A stretch of DNA of 64,000 bases from an uncultured candidate division Zixibacteria bacterium (GCA_963801605.1 CAWDFP010000008.1:1-64000); one strand, 5' to 3'; shown: positions 1-10,289, numbered from the stretch's first letter. Numbers and translations are program-made. Notes: generated by a model not told the origin, from the letters alone.

Positions 1-667
1 GCCGTCCACCGCGGTTGTTGAGGAAGATAGCCATGCCGGCTTTGGTGTTATCGGCGGTGACTTTGGCTTTCCGTATTTCGAGGTAGCGCTTGAGTGTCTC
101 CCCTGTCTTCGGCCCCAGCGGTACAGTTCGAAATTTACCGCCTTTGCCGTGGACTCGAATCAGGCGATCCTTAAAAAGGATATCCTTAATATCGAGGCCG
201 ATAAGCTCGGAGAGGCGCAGGCCGCAGCCGTAATAGAGGTCGAGCATGGCGGCATCGCGGATACCGATGAAGGTGTTGCGAAACTCGCTTTCTAGAAGCC
301 CTTTGGCTTCCTCGGCGTTCATATACTCGGCGCGGTAGTGTTCGGCTTTGGGGTATGGGACGTCTCGAAAAGGATTGGAATCCCATTGATGCGACGCTAT
401 AAGAAAATCGCCGAAATGCTTAAGGGAATCTAACTTACGGGCCAGAGAGACCTGCTTGAGGCCTTTCTTTTTAAGATGGATCAGGAAGAGCCGTCCCTCG
501 GTGGTGCTGACTTCAGCAGACTCGAAGTTAGCCGGGTGATTCTCTTTAAGGAAGGCTACGAAGGCGGCGCAATCGCGGGTATAGGCTAAAACGGTATTGG
601 CGGAAACGCCCTCAACAGATTCCAGGTGCCCCGAAAATTTAGATAGATATTTCCCCCAGTCCGACAT
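1..667 (-). CDS. xerC: Tyrosine recombinase XerC/XerD family (3' end runs off the window)
   Basis: Not in the ORF track. Manual translation from ATG 667: MSDWGKYLSKFSGHLESVEGVSANTVLAYTRD...RDAAMLDLYYGCGLRLSELIGLD...IRVHGKGGKFRTVPLG. Box I Arg and GKG.K.R.VP motifs present; lies downstream of topA. Confidence 0.88.
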   Translation of the reverse strand, partial: MSDWGKYLSKFSGHLESVEGVSANTVLAYTRDCAAFVAFLKENHPANFESAEVSTTEGRLFLIHLKKKGLKQVSLARKLDSLKHFGDFLIASHQWDSNPFRDVPYPKAEHYRAEYMNAEEAKGLLESEFRNTFIGIRDAAMLDLYYGCGLRLSELIGLDIKDILFKDRLIRVHGKGGKFRTVPLGPKTGETLKRYLEIRKAKVTADNTKAGMAIFLNNRGGR

Positions 668-676
668 GTCGGGAGG

Positions 677-705
677 ATTATAAGCTTATGAGAGAGAGAA
701 ATCAA
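677..705 (-). promoter_or_regulatory. Sigma70-type promoter of xerC
   Basis: Minus strand TTGATT-N17-TATAAT, ending 9 nt before the ATG. Confidence 0.55.
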
Positions 706-737
706 GGGGGGAATGGGGGGGAAAAGCGGCTGTAGTT

Positions 738-764
738 TGTAGCGTAGGTCGCCTGCGACCTGCG
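738..764 (+). repeat. REP-like hairpin, family A
   Basis: TGTAG + CGTAGGTCGC-CT-GCGACCTGCG; near-identical to 57114-57140 on the opposite strand. Confidence 0.65.
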
Positions 765-780
765 GTGTGAGTTATCTAAG

Positions 781-1623
781 CTATTTTATGGAATCAGACA
801 GGATCAAGACCTCCCGACCCCGTCGAGACTCATAGGCGTTATAGCGAAGAGTATAACCCATAATCTTTCGATTGGAATAAAGGGTTCTAATCTGCCGCTT
901 ATTATCATAGGTAAGAATCCATTTAGCTTTTGGATTGCAATTAAGTTTTCTTGCCAATCGCTCATGATCAGATTGTTTATAATGATTAAGATATAAGGTT
1001 GCACCTTTACTATAATATGGGGGGTCGAGATAAATGATAGTATTCTTTAATCTTAAATAATCCTTAATTAATTCAATGCCATCCATATTATAAATTTCAA
1101 TCTGCTTTTTAAATTTTGATAACTCGCGAATACGATCTATTAGCGTATCTTTATAATATCTAGCATCGATTTTCCATTCCCCAGACTGATCGAAGCCGCC
1201 AATTGGGCCGCCGTCCAAATTTCCTGAAACATTAGTTCTGTTTAAGAAAAACGTGGCAAAACCTAACTCAAATTGGTGAGATTTGGGGTCGTCATATATT
1301 TTTTTTTGTTTTCTCCATTGATGTATCGTGACAGGTGTCTTTTGTATTTTTTCGATAAATACCCCGGAATGCAAAACGACAGATTTCCAAAATGAATAGA
1401 TGGCTTTATCCAAATCATTAATTATGATTTCATTTACTCTTCCAGAGCATAAAAGTGCCAAGGCGACTCCCGCGCCTCCGGCATAGGGCTCAACATACGT
1501 AATATTATTTAGTTTTTGTTTTTCAATAACCTTATATAGAAAAGGAACAAGAGAGGATTTCCCTCCCGGATATCTCAACGGGCTGAAAACTTGCCTTTTG
1601 CCTTTTTGTAAAGCTATTTTCAT
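781..1623 (-). CDS. DNA adenine methyltransferase, D12/Dam class
   Basis: SPLRYPGGKS, YVEPYAGGAGV (motif I), INDLD, YLDPPYY (motif IV); 280 aa; AT-rich. Confidence 0.93.
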   Translation of the reverse strand: MKIALQKGKRQVFSPLRYPGGKSSLVPFLYKVIEKQKLNNITYVEPYAGGAGVALALLCSGRVNEIIINDLDKAIYSFWKSVVLHSGVFIEKIQKTPVTIHQWRKQKKIYDDPKSHQFELGFATFFLNRTNVSGNLDGGPIGGFDQSGEWKIDARYYKDTLIDRIRELSKFKKQIEIYNMDGIELIKDYLRLKNTIIYLDPPYYSKGATLYLNHYKQSDHERLARKLNCNPKAKWILTYDNKRQIRTLYSNRKIMGYTLRYNAYESRRGREVLILSDSIK

Positions 1624-1625
1624 AT

Positions 1626-2974
1626 TTATTTAGGAAGAACCGTTTTAAATATTAACGTACCAAGTTTTTTCCATATGTCAATAACAACGCTTGGTATTGG
1701 CTCGTAACCTGGATTGTGTATAAATTGATTTAACTCTGCCAAAAAGGGTTCATTACTTGCTTTTGAAAGAAAGGTCCTCAAAGCCCTTCGATCCATTGGA
1801 CTACTACAATGTTCTTCAGAAGAGGCTAAATATGAAAGTGTAATATGGAAACTTGGAGCCCAATCTTTATCCAATTTACGTGAAGTGCCCCTTCTTTGAT
1901 TTTCTTTGGCCAATTCCTCTTTTTCTGTTCGATAATTTCTTTGATTGCTCCCTTTTCTTCTAGGTACACATACAAAGTTAGCTCAAGTAATACCCTTAAC
2001 GATGTTGCGCATACATTAGGTTTTTTTGATGGCTTTATATCCTTCAGTTCGCCAAGAATTGAGTTTACTCGGTTATTATGGGGATAAACAGAAAATAATC
2101 GGTTTGAAATCCAATCTCCATCTAGTGGATTTGTTTGGGTAGAAGTACCGGCAGTCTTTTTATTTTTTTTGCTTTTCTTTTGTTTTTGATTATCAGTTGA
2201 TTCCTTCTTAATACCGAGGATATTACTCACCCATTCTATTGCTTTTGCTGTTGTATAAACATCTTGTACCGAAAATTCATCTGTAGACATGCCAGTAAAC
2301 AATTTCCACAAATTGTCCACGAATTGATTTGCAGGTTTAGTAATATTGAGTATCCCATTAGGAAAATCAACTCCTATAAACTCTCTTATCTTTGCGGTCG
2401 CAAGTAAACGATCAAGAGTTGTAGAATCAATCTTTTCATTTGAAATGCCATTATCTTCCGCATAATCCATTAGTTGCACAGAGCGAGATAACTTTTTCCC
2501 CGAATATTGAGCTATGAATCTTTGGCGTTGTTCGCTATCCCAACCCAATATTCCAACACCATCATTTAGACCAGTGTGTTCCAGATTAACCCATCTATAC
2601 GCACTTTCTCTATCGTTAAACACTGCGCAATCTATTTCGGAAAGAAGGCTGGTACCTGAATTCATCTTCAACTCAACGAATTTTTGTCTTAATTGGTCGT
2701 CTTTTATTAAATCCGGTTGATGTAATAGTTTTAATGCAACAAGTCGCCTGTTGCCCTCCAGAGATACATATTTATTGTCATCGACATTGATAACCATTAA
2801 CCGTTTTGATGGATTTAGCCCGTGTTCAGCGATATCTTTGGCAAGATTATATATCTTGACACCTATTTTTGATATCATTAAATCGATTGCTTGTAGCTCA
2901 CTCTTAACCGGTTCAAATCTTGGATTCTGATGATTCACCAAGAGTTGGTTAAGCGGTATCGTTATTTTTTTCAT
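1626..2974 (-). CDS. ParB/Srx-like N-terminal domain protein with HEPN-like C-terminus (~449 aa after repairing one indel near 1920)
   Basis: N-terminal NPRF and LEGNRRLVALKLL (ParB-like); C-terminal SLRVLLEL and LNQFIHN. ATG 2974 has an AAGGA RBS. Adding one A to the A-run at ~1920-1924 joins ORFs 1826..3007 and 1626..1913. Confidence 0.7.
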
Positions 2975-3029
2975 AATTAAAATCCTTAAGGATTGTTTGT
3001 ACCACAAGTACAGATGATAATATCATAAA

Positions 3030-3058
3030 AATGTAGCATAGAGCAATTTATCTGTCAA
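3030..3058 (-). promoter_or_regulatory. Promoter for the ParB-like/MTase cassette
   Basis: Minus strand TTGACA-N17-TACATT with extended -10 TG; downstream of the topA terminator. Confidence 0.6.
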
Positions 3059-3088
3059 CAAAAAAAAATATCCTAAATTGGTGATAAT

Positions 3089-3125
3089 AAAAAAAACCGA
3101 AGTTTCTTCCGAAACCCCGGCTACA
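3089..3125 (-). terminator. Intrinsic terminator after topA (also a TGTAG-led hairpin)
   Basis: Minus strand TGTAG-CCGGGGTTTC-GGAA-GAAACTTCGG-TTTTTTTT. Confidence 0.75.
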
Positions 3126-3132
3126 AACAAAA

Positions 3133-3160
3133 GCGTCAGGTTCGGGGACCTGACGCCACA
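3133..3160 (-). repeat. REP-like hairpin, family B
   Basis: Plus strand GCGTCAGGT-TCGGGG-ACCTGACGC-CAC; same loop and flank as 52436-52462. Confidence 0.7.
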
Positions 3161-3168
3161 GATTTTAC

Positions 3169-5395
3169 CTATTTTACTTCTACCGGCTCGGGCTTCTCCT
3201 CGATTGCCACTACCGCGCGGCATTTGGGGCAGGCTAAGAATTCGCCTTTGGCTTTGCTGGAACGCTCCACCAAATACGGGAAGCCGCAGGAATCGCATTT
3301 GCGTTCGACCGGGCGGTACCATGACGAGTGCTCGCACTTGGGATAGTTCGAGCAGGCGAAAAAGACTTTCCCTTTGCGCGATGACTTTTCCACCAGATCG
3401 CCGCCGCAATCCGGCTCCGGGCATTTCACGCCGGTGGGGACGCTCTTGGTCGTCTTGCATTCAGGGTAATTGCTGCAGGCGATATACCGTCCGAAACGCC
3501 CGCGGCGAATCTGCATCGGAGAGCCGCAGTTGGGGCATTTCTCGTCGATAGTCTCGGCTTCGCTTTCGAGCGACTTGGTATTCTTGCAATCGGGATAACC
3601 GGAGCAGGCCAGGAATCGGCCGTTCCGTCCGATCTTGATGATCATCGGCTTACCGCACTTATCGCAAATCTCGTCGGTTTTCTCCTCGGTCTGCTTGCGG
3701 ATTTTATCTTTGGACGCCAGAGCTTTGTCGAGATCGATTTTGAACGGACCATAGAAATCGTTTAAGGTATCGACCCAGGTCAGGCTGCCTTCCTCGATCT
3801 TATCAAGCTCAAGCTCCATCTTGGCGGTGAACTCCTCGGAAAAGATATCGGGGAAATTGGCAACGAGAATCTTATTGACGGTCTTGCCCAAATCGGTGGG
3901 CGCAAAACGACGTTTATCATCGGTGATATATTTACGCTCCAATAGTACCGAGATAATGGCGGCATAAGTGGATGGCCGTCCGATACCGTTTGATTCGAGT
4001 TCCTTGACCAAACTGCCGGCATTGAAACGCGGCGGCGGCTCGGTAAAATGCTGGGCAGGACGAACCTCGGATAGCTTGAGCGTCTCCCCCTCTTTGACCG
4101 CCGGGAAGCCGTTGCCGTTTTCGTTCTCATCGCCGTTATAAACGATAGTGTAACCATCGAATGTCATCTTCTGCTTGGCGGCCTTGAACAGGAACCGTCC
4201 GCCCTCAACCTCGATAGTAACGACATCGTACTCCGCGGCAGACATCTGGGACGCCATGAAACGGCGCCAGATAAGATCATAGAGCTTGTACTGTTCGCCC
4301 TTGAGATATTTTTTGATCGACTGCGGCGTCAGACTTGGATCGGTCGGACGGATAGCCTCATGAGCATCCTGCGCGGATTTGGCGGTTTTATGCTTGCGGG
4401 CTGTCTCCGGTATATATTCGGCGCCGTAAAGCTTGGTGATGATCTCTCTGGCAGCGGCGGAAGCCTCGTCAGCCACGCGCACCGAATCGGTTCTCATATA
4501 GGTGATAAGACCGACATGGCCTTCATCGCCGATTTCCACACCCTCGTAAAGCTGCTGCGCGATAGCCATGGTGGCCTTATTCGAAATGCGCAGTTTATTG
4601 AAGCTTTCCTGCTGTAAGGTGCTGGTAATAAACGGAGCGGGCGACGATTTCTTCATCTTAGATTTGTCGACGCTCTTTACCTTATATGACTGCTTTTCGA
4701 TTTCAGCCTTGATGCCTGAAGCATCGGATTCGCTCGATATCTCGATTTTTTTACCATCGATCTGAGCTAACTTCAAAGTAAGCGTAGCCTGCTTTTTGGT
4801 TTCGAAATCAGCATCAACCGTCCAGTACTCGACCGGAACGAATTTATCTATCTCGGCCTCACGCTCGCAAATCATCTTGAGAGCCACGGATTGGACCCGT
4901 CCGGCAGATAGACCGCGCATGACAGTAGCCCAGAGCAAGCGGACTGACCTGGTAACCAACCAGCCTGTCGAGAATGCGGCGCGCCTGCTGCGCGTAGACC
5001 TTTTTCAGATCGATCTTGCCGGCGTTCTTGATAGCGTCGGTGACGGCCTTCTTGGTGATCTCGTTGAAGGTGACCCGATAGATTTTCTTATTAATCTTAT
5101 TTATTTCGTTGGCGATATGATAAGCGATCGCCTCGCCCTCACGGTCGGGGTCGGGCGCCAGATAGATGATATCGGAATTAGCGGCTTTTTCTTTGAGTTC
5201 CTTGATCGCCTTGGTCTTGCCCGTAATAGTCACATAAACAGGCTTGAAGTTTTTTTCGATATCAACGCCAAGCTTGGATTTGGGCAGATCCTTGACATGC
5301 CCTCCGGAGGCGATAACATCGAAACCCTTACCAAGAAATTTCTTCAGGGTTTTCGATTTCGTCGGCGACTCTACTATTACTAAATTTTTAGCCAA
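3169..5395 (-). CDS. topA: DNA topoisomerase I with C-terminal Zn ribbons (apparent frameshift ~4938)
   Basis: LVIVESPTK, DPDREGEAIA, SAGRVQS, ITYMRTDS, GIGRPSTYA and four Cys-rich ribbons; TTG start 5395 with AAGGA RBS. Confidence 0.96.
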
Positions 5396-5450
5396 AATAG
5401 ATATCCTTAATTGACCCAGCAATTCTTAAGAATTTTCGCAAGTTAAGTTT

Positions 5451-5723
5451 TTATCGGAGGATCAGGTCAGGTCGAAGGACTCCTCTTCTTCCGGCTTCGG
5501 CCTTGCGTTCATACTTGACCCTACCGGAAATCAGCTCATCGAGAGCTATAGAAGTAACCTTGCGTTGATCTAATTTTCCAAGCTCCTCGACGGGAGTATT
5601 TTCTTTTTGCACAACCCGTCTGGCGTTGATCTTTCTTGCCAGTTTGGCGGCCAACAATACAGCCTCGTATTCATTCGGAATCACATCTTCCAGCCTTTTC
5701 TTTGGCTCCTCCATTGCGTACAT
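5451..5723 (-). CDS. rpoZ: RNA polymerase omega subunit (3' end probably frameshifted; alternative tail KPEEEESFDLT)
   Basis: NEYEAVLLAAKLARKI...KVTSIALDEL; directly downstream of gmk. Confidence 0.8.
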   Translation of the reverse strand: MYAMEEPKKRLEDVIPNEYEAVLLAAKLARKINARRVVQKENTPVEELGKLDQRKVTSIALDELISGRVKYERKAEAGRRGVLRPDLILR

Positions 5724-5767
5724 CTCCTATTTGGCGAACTTAACGTTCAAGTTCAGCGGTTTGTTCC

Positions 5768-6400
5768 CTACAAGCCCAGCAGCCGCGCCTGGCCTGATTC
5801 CCAAAATCGCCGCTCGTTCCTCCTGATCGTCTTAGCTCGCTCGGCGGTAATTATCATATCGACCTCATTGGTTGCTTTCTTGAGGTCTTCATTAAGTACT
5901 ATATAGTCATATCGATGCCAGTATCCTAATTCTTTGACCGCAGTCTCGAGTCGCATCTTGCGCTGTTCGGCTGAATCGGTCTTGCGTTTGAACAACCGCC
6001 TTCTTAGTTCGGTGAAGGACGGCGGAATCAGAAATATAGTGACAGCCTGTCGATATTTATCTTTTAAGGTCATTCCTCCCTGAACGTCAATATCGCACAG
6101 GAGTACTTTGTTTTGAGTGATGGCCTCGGTGATTTCCGTAAACGGGGTGCCGTAACGATGTCCAAAAACATAAGCCCATTCCGCGAGCTCATTATTCTGG
6201 ATCATTTGATCGAATTGAGATTCATTAATGAAAAAATAATCGGTCCCATTTTTCTCTTTGCCACGAAGCGGTCGGGTAGTAGCGGAAATCGAGAATCTGT
6301 AATCTCTGTGACGGCGAATTAAATTGCCGCAAATCGTCGTCTTGCCCGTGCCCGAGGGCGACGATAATATGGCTACAAGTCCCGGTAATTTTATTGACAC
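5768..6400 (-). CDS. gmk: Guanylate kinase
   Basis: SSPSGTGKTT P-loop, SATTRPLR, YGTP, DIDVQG. Confidence 0.96.
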   Translation of the reverse strand: MSIKLPGLVAILSSPSGTGKTTICGNLIRRHRDYRFSISATTRPLRGKEKNGTDYFFINESQFDQMIQNNELAEWAYVFGHRYGTPFTEITEAITQNKVLLCDIDVQGGMTLKDKYRQAVTIFLIPPSFTELRRRLFKRKTDSAEQRKMRLETAVKELGYWHRYDYIVLNEDLKKATNEVDMIITAERAKTIRRNERRFWESGQARLLGL

Positions 6401-6444
6401 GAAATTTCCTTATCTTTCATGGAATCCGGCGAAAAGCCCAACCA

Positions 6445-7320
6445 TCATTCTATATTCTGAACCTGTTCTCTGAGACGTTCGATCTCTTCCTTGATGACTA
6501 TAACTCGCCTGGATATTTCGTAATAAGCGGATTTATCGCCAATAGTATTTGTTTCCCGATTTAATTCCTGAAGAATAAAGTTGAGACGTTTGCCTACCTG
6601 GCCATCCTCGGCCAAACTGCTCTCGAATTGCTCCAGATGGGATTTGAGCCTGACACATTCCTCGGTGATATCTGATTTGTCGGCCCAGAGCGCAACCTCA
6701 ACGGCGATTCTCTCTTCATCAACGTCAGTAGCCCCCAGCAGTTCGCTGATTCGAGCTTTTAACCGGTCCTGATATAAGGTGACATTCTGCCCCGAAAGAG
6801 ATTCGATTTCGGCGGTGGTGCTGCGGATGCCCTTAATCCTGGCCAGCATATCTCGCACCAGATTAGCGCCCTCGACCGAACGCATAGCATAAGTAGCATT
6901 AGCGGCAGCCTCCATAGCCTTCTGCAGAACGCTCCAGGTTCGGTCGAGATCCTCCTCCTGCTTTTCGACTTTGATCAGATCTGGCAGGGAGGCGAATTCG
7001 TGCATGCTGAGATCGCCTGTTAATGAAAAACGTTTTTTGAGAAGTTGATAGATGCGGTAGTAAGCATCGGCGCGGGCATCATCGAGAACGATAGCGCCCT
7101 CGGCCGGTTCCTGTTCCCAGTTGACAGTGACCATGACCTTGCCGCGACTGAATTTGCCGTTCAAGAGAAGTTTGACATTATTCTCAAGCTGACCCAACGA
7201 TTTGGGCAACCGTATCTGGTATTCCAGAAAGCGGTTATTAACAGTATTGATCTCAACAGAGAACTTGAGATTGCCGTCTTCAATTTCCGCCCGGCCATAG
7301 CCGGTCATGCTTGCTGCCAT
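6445..7320 (-). CDS. yicC: YicC/YloC family endoribonuclease
   Basis: SMTGYGR start, GKRLNFILQELNRETNTIG, EQVQNIE end; yicC-gmk-rpoZ synteny. Confidence 0.93.
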   Translation of the reverse strand: MAASMTGYGRAEIEDGNLKFSVEINTVNNRFLEYQIRLPKSLGQLENNVKLLLNGKFSRGKVMVTVNWEQEPAEGAIVLDDARADAYYRIYQLLKKRFSLTGDLSMHEFASLPDLIKVEKQEEDLDRTWSVLQKAMEAAANATYAMRSVEGANLVRDMLARIKGIRSTTAEIESLSGQNVTLYQDRLKARISELLGATDVDEERIAVEVALWADKSDITEECVRLKSHLEQFESSLAEDGQVGKRLNFILQELNRETNTIGDKSAYYEISRRVIVIKEEIERLREQVQNIE

Positions 7321-7408
7321 CTTTATCCCCTAACGTTTTAACAAAACTTCTATAATATTCAAAAAAAGGGTTTTGTCAATCCCATAATGAAGGTAAATTA
7401 GGGAGAAT

Positions 7409-9046
7409 ATGAAAATTCAGAAACAAACAGTGCTCGATGCGGCTCGTTTGGCAGGTGAGTTGAATCGATACAAAGGTGCGTCTATAGAACAGGTTATGCT
7501 GGAAAATAATCAAAATCGCCTGTATTTAGTTCTGCATAACCCAAACACCATAATCAAGTTCATCGTGGAAAAAGGATACGCCTATATCGGGCTCGCCGAG
7601 ATTATTCCCGATGAACTCGTTAAGCCTGAAAGAGCGCTATCGGGATATTCTGTTCTTGGGGCCATACAGCTTGAACTGGACCGGATTGTAGCAATCAAGC
7701 TTGAGCGCGAAGATCGTCTGGGACGAAAACAAACTGCCAGTCTGATTTTCGAAATTATGCCAAACAAAGGTGATGCTTTGCTTGTAGATGATTCGGGGGC
7801 AATAAAGTGGTCGCTCAAGAAAAGAGATGGTCATTACAAAACTCCACCCAAACTTAAAAAAGCGACGGTTTTAAATTTCGATAGCCGGCTGCTTCAAGCG
7901 GAATTGACAGCATCTTCTCAGATAAAAGACGAAATCTTTGGCCTAAGCGACCGCGATTTAATCAATTTGAATCTGGAAAAATATGAATCCGTAGAATCGG
8001 CGCTGGTGGCTTTGAGGTCTTATGTCGAAAAAGCATCAAGACCAGGGCCTGCCTGGGTAATATTTAAGGATGAGGAAACTATCGGATTCTCGCTCCATCC
8101 CCCGATTCTTCTGCCTGACGAGTCGACAAAGGAATTTGAATCGGCGCTTGCGATGTATGAGAATTATTATTCCCAAGGAACCACGCCAGAAAGCGAGCAG
8201 GATGATTTCGCGGCGTTAAGCAAAATACTCGATAAGGAGATTGCCAGGGAACGCAGTAAGGCGTCATCAATCCAAAAAGAACTGGAAAATGCCAAACAGG
8301 CTCATACATTCAAAAGGTATGGTAATTTAATTCTCGGCAATATCGATTCGATTAAAAAAGGCGCAAAAGCCGCTAATATCGATGATTTAATTGAAGGCGT
8401 AAACATTTCAATAGAACTTGATCCGGCCAAATCGGCGGCGGCCAATGCCGAGCGATATTTTAAGCTTTTCAAGAAGGCAGTGTCGTCGGTGAATGTATTA
8501 ACGTCACGGCTTGATAGCACCCAAAAAAGGATTTCCAAACTTGAAGATGCGAAAGCCCGAGCAGGCGACAATAAAGAAATGCTTGAGATCGAATTGCTGG
8601 ATCAAAATCTGCTTTCGAAAAAACATGGGCCGGCAAAGAAGAAGTTGGTTGAACGAAGGCTTCCTTATAAGAGGTTTAAAGCGTCATCGGGGTGGGAGAT
8701 TTGGGTTGGCCGCACTAATATGGATAATGATGAGCTGACATTCAAGCTCGCCAGAAAAGATGATTATTGGTTCCATGCCTGGCAGGCAGCCGGATCGCAT
8801 ACGGTTTTGAGATTGCCGGAAAAACATGCTATCCCCGATAAGCAGACTCTTCTGGAGGCGGCGGCGCTGGCCGCTTATTTCTCAAAAGCGCGGACATCAT
8901 CGAAAGTCCCGGTAGCATATACTCAGGTTAAATTCGTCCATAAGCCGAAGAAATTCCCTCCGGGCAAGGTTTTGATCGAAAAAGAAAAGCAACTTATGGT
9001 CCATCCGGCTGACCCGCAAGAATATATGATAAAGGAAGAGGAATAA
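7409..9046 (+). CDS. rqcH: NFACT family ribosome quality control protein (RqcH/Rqc2/FbpA-like)
   Basis: LDRIV, coiled coil, NAERYFK and NFACT-R motifs VGRTNMDNDELT, DYWFHA, GSHTVL, AAYFSKAR. Confidence 0.85.
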   Translation: MKIQKQTVLDAARLAGELNRYKGASIEQVMLENNQNRLYLVLHNPNTIIKFIVEKGYAYIGLAEIIPDELVKPERALSGYSVLGAIQLELDRIVAIKLEREDRLGRKQTASLIFEIMPNKGDALLVDDSGAIKWSLKKRDGHYKTPPKLKKATVLNFDSRLLQAELTASSQIKDEIFGLSDRDLINLNLEKYESVESALVALRSYVEKASRPGPAWVIFKDEETIGFSLHPPILLPDESTKEFESALAMYENYYSQGTTPESEQDDFAALSKILDKEIARERSKASSIQKELENAKQAHTFKRYGNLILGNIDSIKKGAKAANIDDLIEGVNISIELDPAKSAAANAERYFKLFKKAVSSVNVLTSRLDSTQKRISKLEDAKARAGDNKEMLEIELLDQNLLSKKHGPAKKKLVERRLPYKRFKASSGWEIWVGRTNMDNDELTFKLARKDDYWFHAWQAAGSHTVLRLPEKHAIPDKQTLLEAAALAAYFSKARTSSKVPVAYTQVKFVHKPKKFPPGKVLIEKEKQLMVHPADPQEYMIKEEE

Positions 9047-9073
9047 TTGAGGTATTAAATCGATTAATTAATA

Positions 9074-10289
9074 TTATGCTATATCTTTCATGCGGAAATT
9101 AACCAGAACCGCCTGAACCATAATAGCGCCAACTCCCACCAACGAGATATTATTCAGAAAATTGTAGATCGTACTTCCCCAGACATCATGCATATTAAGG
9201 GCCGTGAAAACGAAACCGACGACCGCGACAATCCTCCAGGATTTCGATAGTTTCCAATAATTAAAAACGATTATAAACACGGAGAGTTCGATAAATTGAA
9301 AAGCATAATGGTTGGTGAAAGATAATATCGGTATCAAGGCTATTAAAAATCCGCTTTCAAGAAGATAGCTATCCTTAATAGACCGGCCGCGATAAAACAT
9401 ATACAGAAATAAAAGGCCGATAAGCGAAAGCATAATCAACTGGAATATTCTCGTTACCGCGGGAGTGAAATCGAGAAGCCTGAGCGGAGTGTATCGCGCC
9501 ACAAGGGAGAAGATGGTATCGTTTTCGTTAGCCAACAGAGACTGTTTCCAGGCCATTTCAACGCCCATCTCATGGAACCAATGGCTGTACTGGCCTCCGA
9601 AATTGGCGATTCCGGTGAAAATCATTGGAGCCAATGCTAATACCGCGCTGAAAAAGACAAAATACGTGATGAGCTTAAATCGTTTCTTGATCAGAAAATA
9701 TGGAAGAAAAATCAGGCCGAACGGCTTAATAAAAATTGATCCCGCCCAAAGAATCGCGGCGGGCAAGATCTCTTCCCCTGGCGGTGAGAAATACTATCAG
9801 TAGAAATAATACCAACAAGATATGATTTACCTGGCCAAGATAAAATTCCCGTTCAATATGGACGCTAAGAATCAATCCCGTTAGTAAAATAAGATTATTA
9901 ATCAACTTTGGATCATCATCATGGAAATTAGGCCGGACCATGAGAAGCGCCAGATAAAATCCCAGACAGGCCGTGAGCGCCATAACTGTCCAATGCAATA
10001 CCTTGGCAAGTTCAAGCGGAAGCAGCGCCGCCGGGACAAAATAAAGAGCCGCGGTCGGCGAGTATTTATAATAATAATGGCCGTCGATATCCGGCCTATA
10101 AAGGTTTTCGCTGTTAATTAAGCGCTCGCCAGCTCTGTAGTAAACTTTGAAATCACTGGAGCGGAAACGGTGATTTTTAACCTCCAGAAGCATCAGGATC
10201 ATTAATACAGAAAATATAATAATAAATGAAGCATACCAGCGGGTGCAGTAGAAATTCCTCAATTTTTGGATAAGTGTGCGAATCGACAT
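9074..10289 (-). CDS. GT87/DUF2029-like membrane glycosyltransferase (frameshift ~9775)
   Basis: DFKVYYRAG, YKYSP, GQVN, IKPF motifs and multiple TM helices across ORFs 9726..10289 and 9074..9766. Confidence 0.75.

Noticed and set aside
186..386. 66-aa ORF in the track
   Set aside because: Out-of-frame shadow inside xerC.
3023..3551. 145-aa and 157-aa ORFs overlapping the topA 3' end
   Set aside because: Alternative-frame or antisense shadows crossing a terminator; no motifs. The same applies to the many antisense ORFs inside other long genes.
4859..4959. Programmed frameshifting or a split topA
   Set aside because: No slippery heptamer or stimulatory structure seen; one extra base explains it, in line with the window-wide indels.
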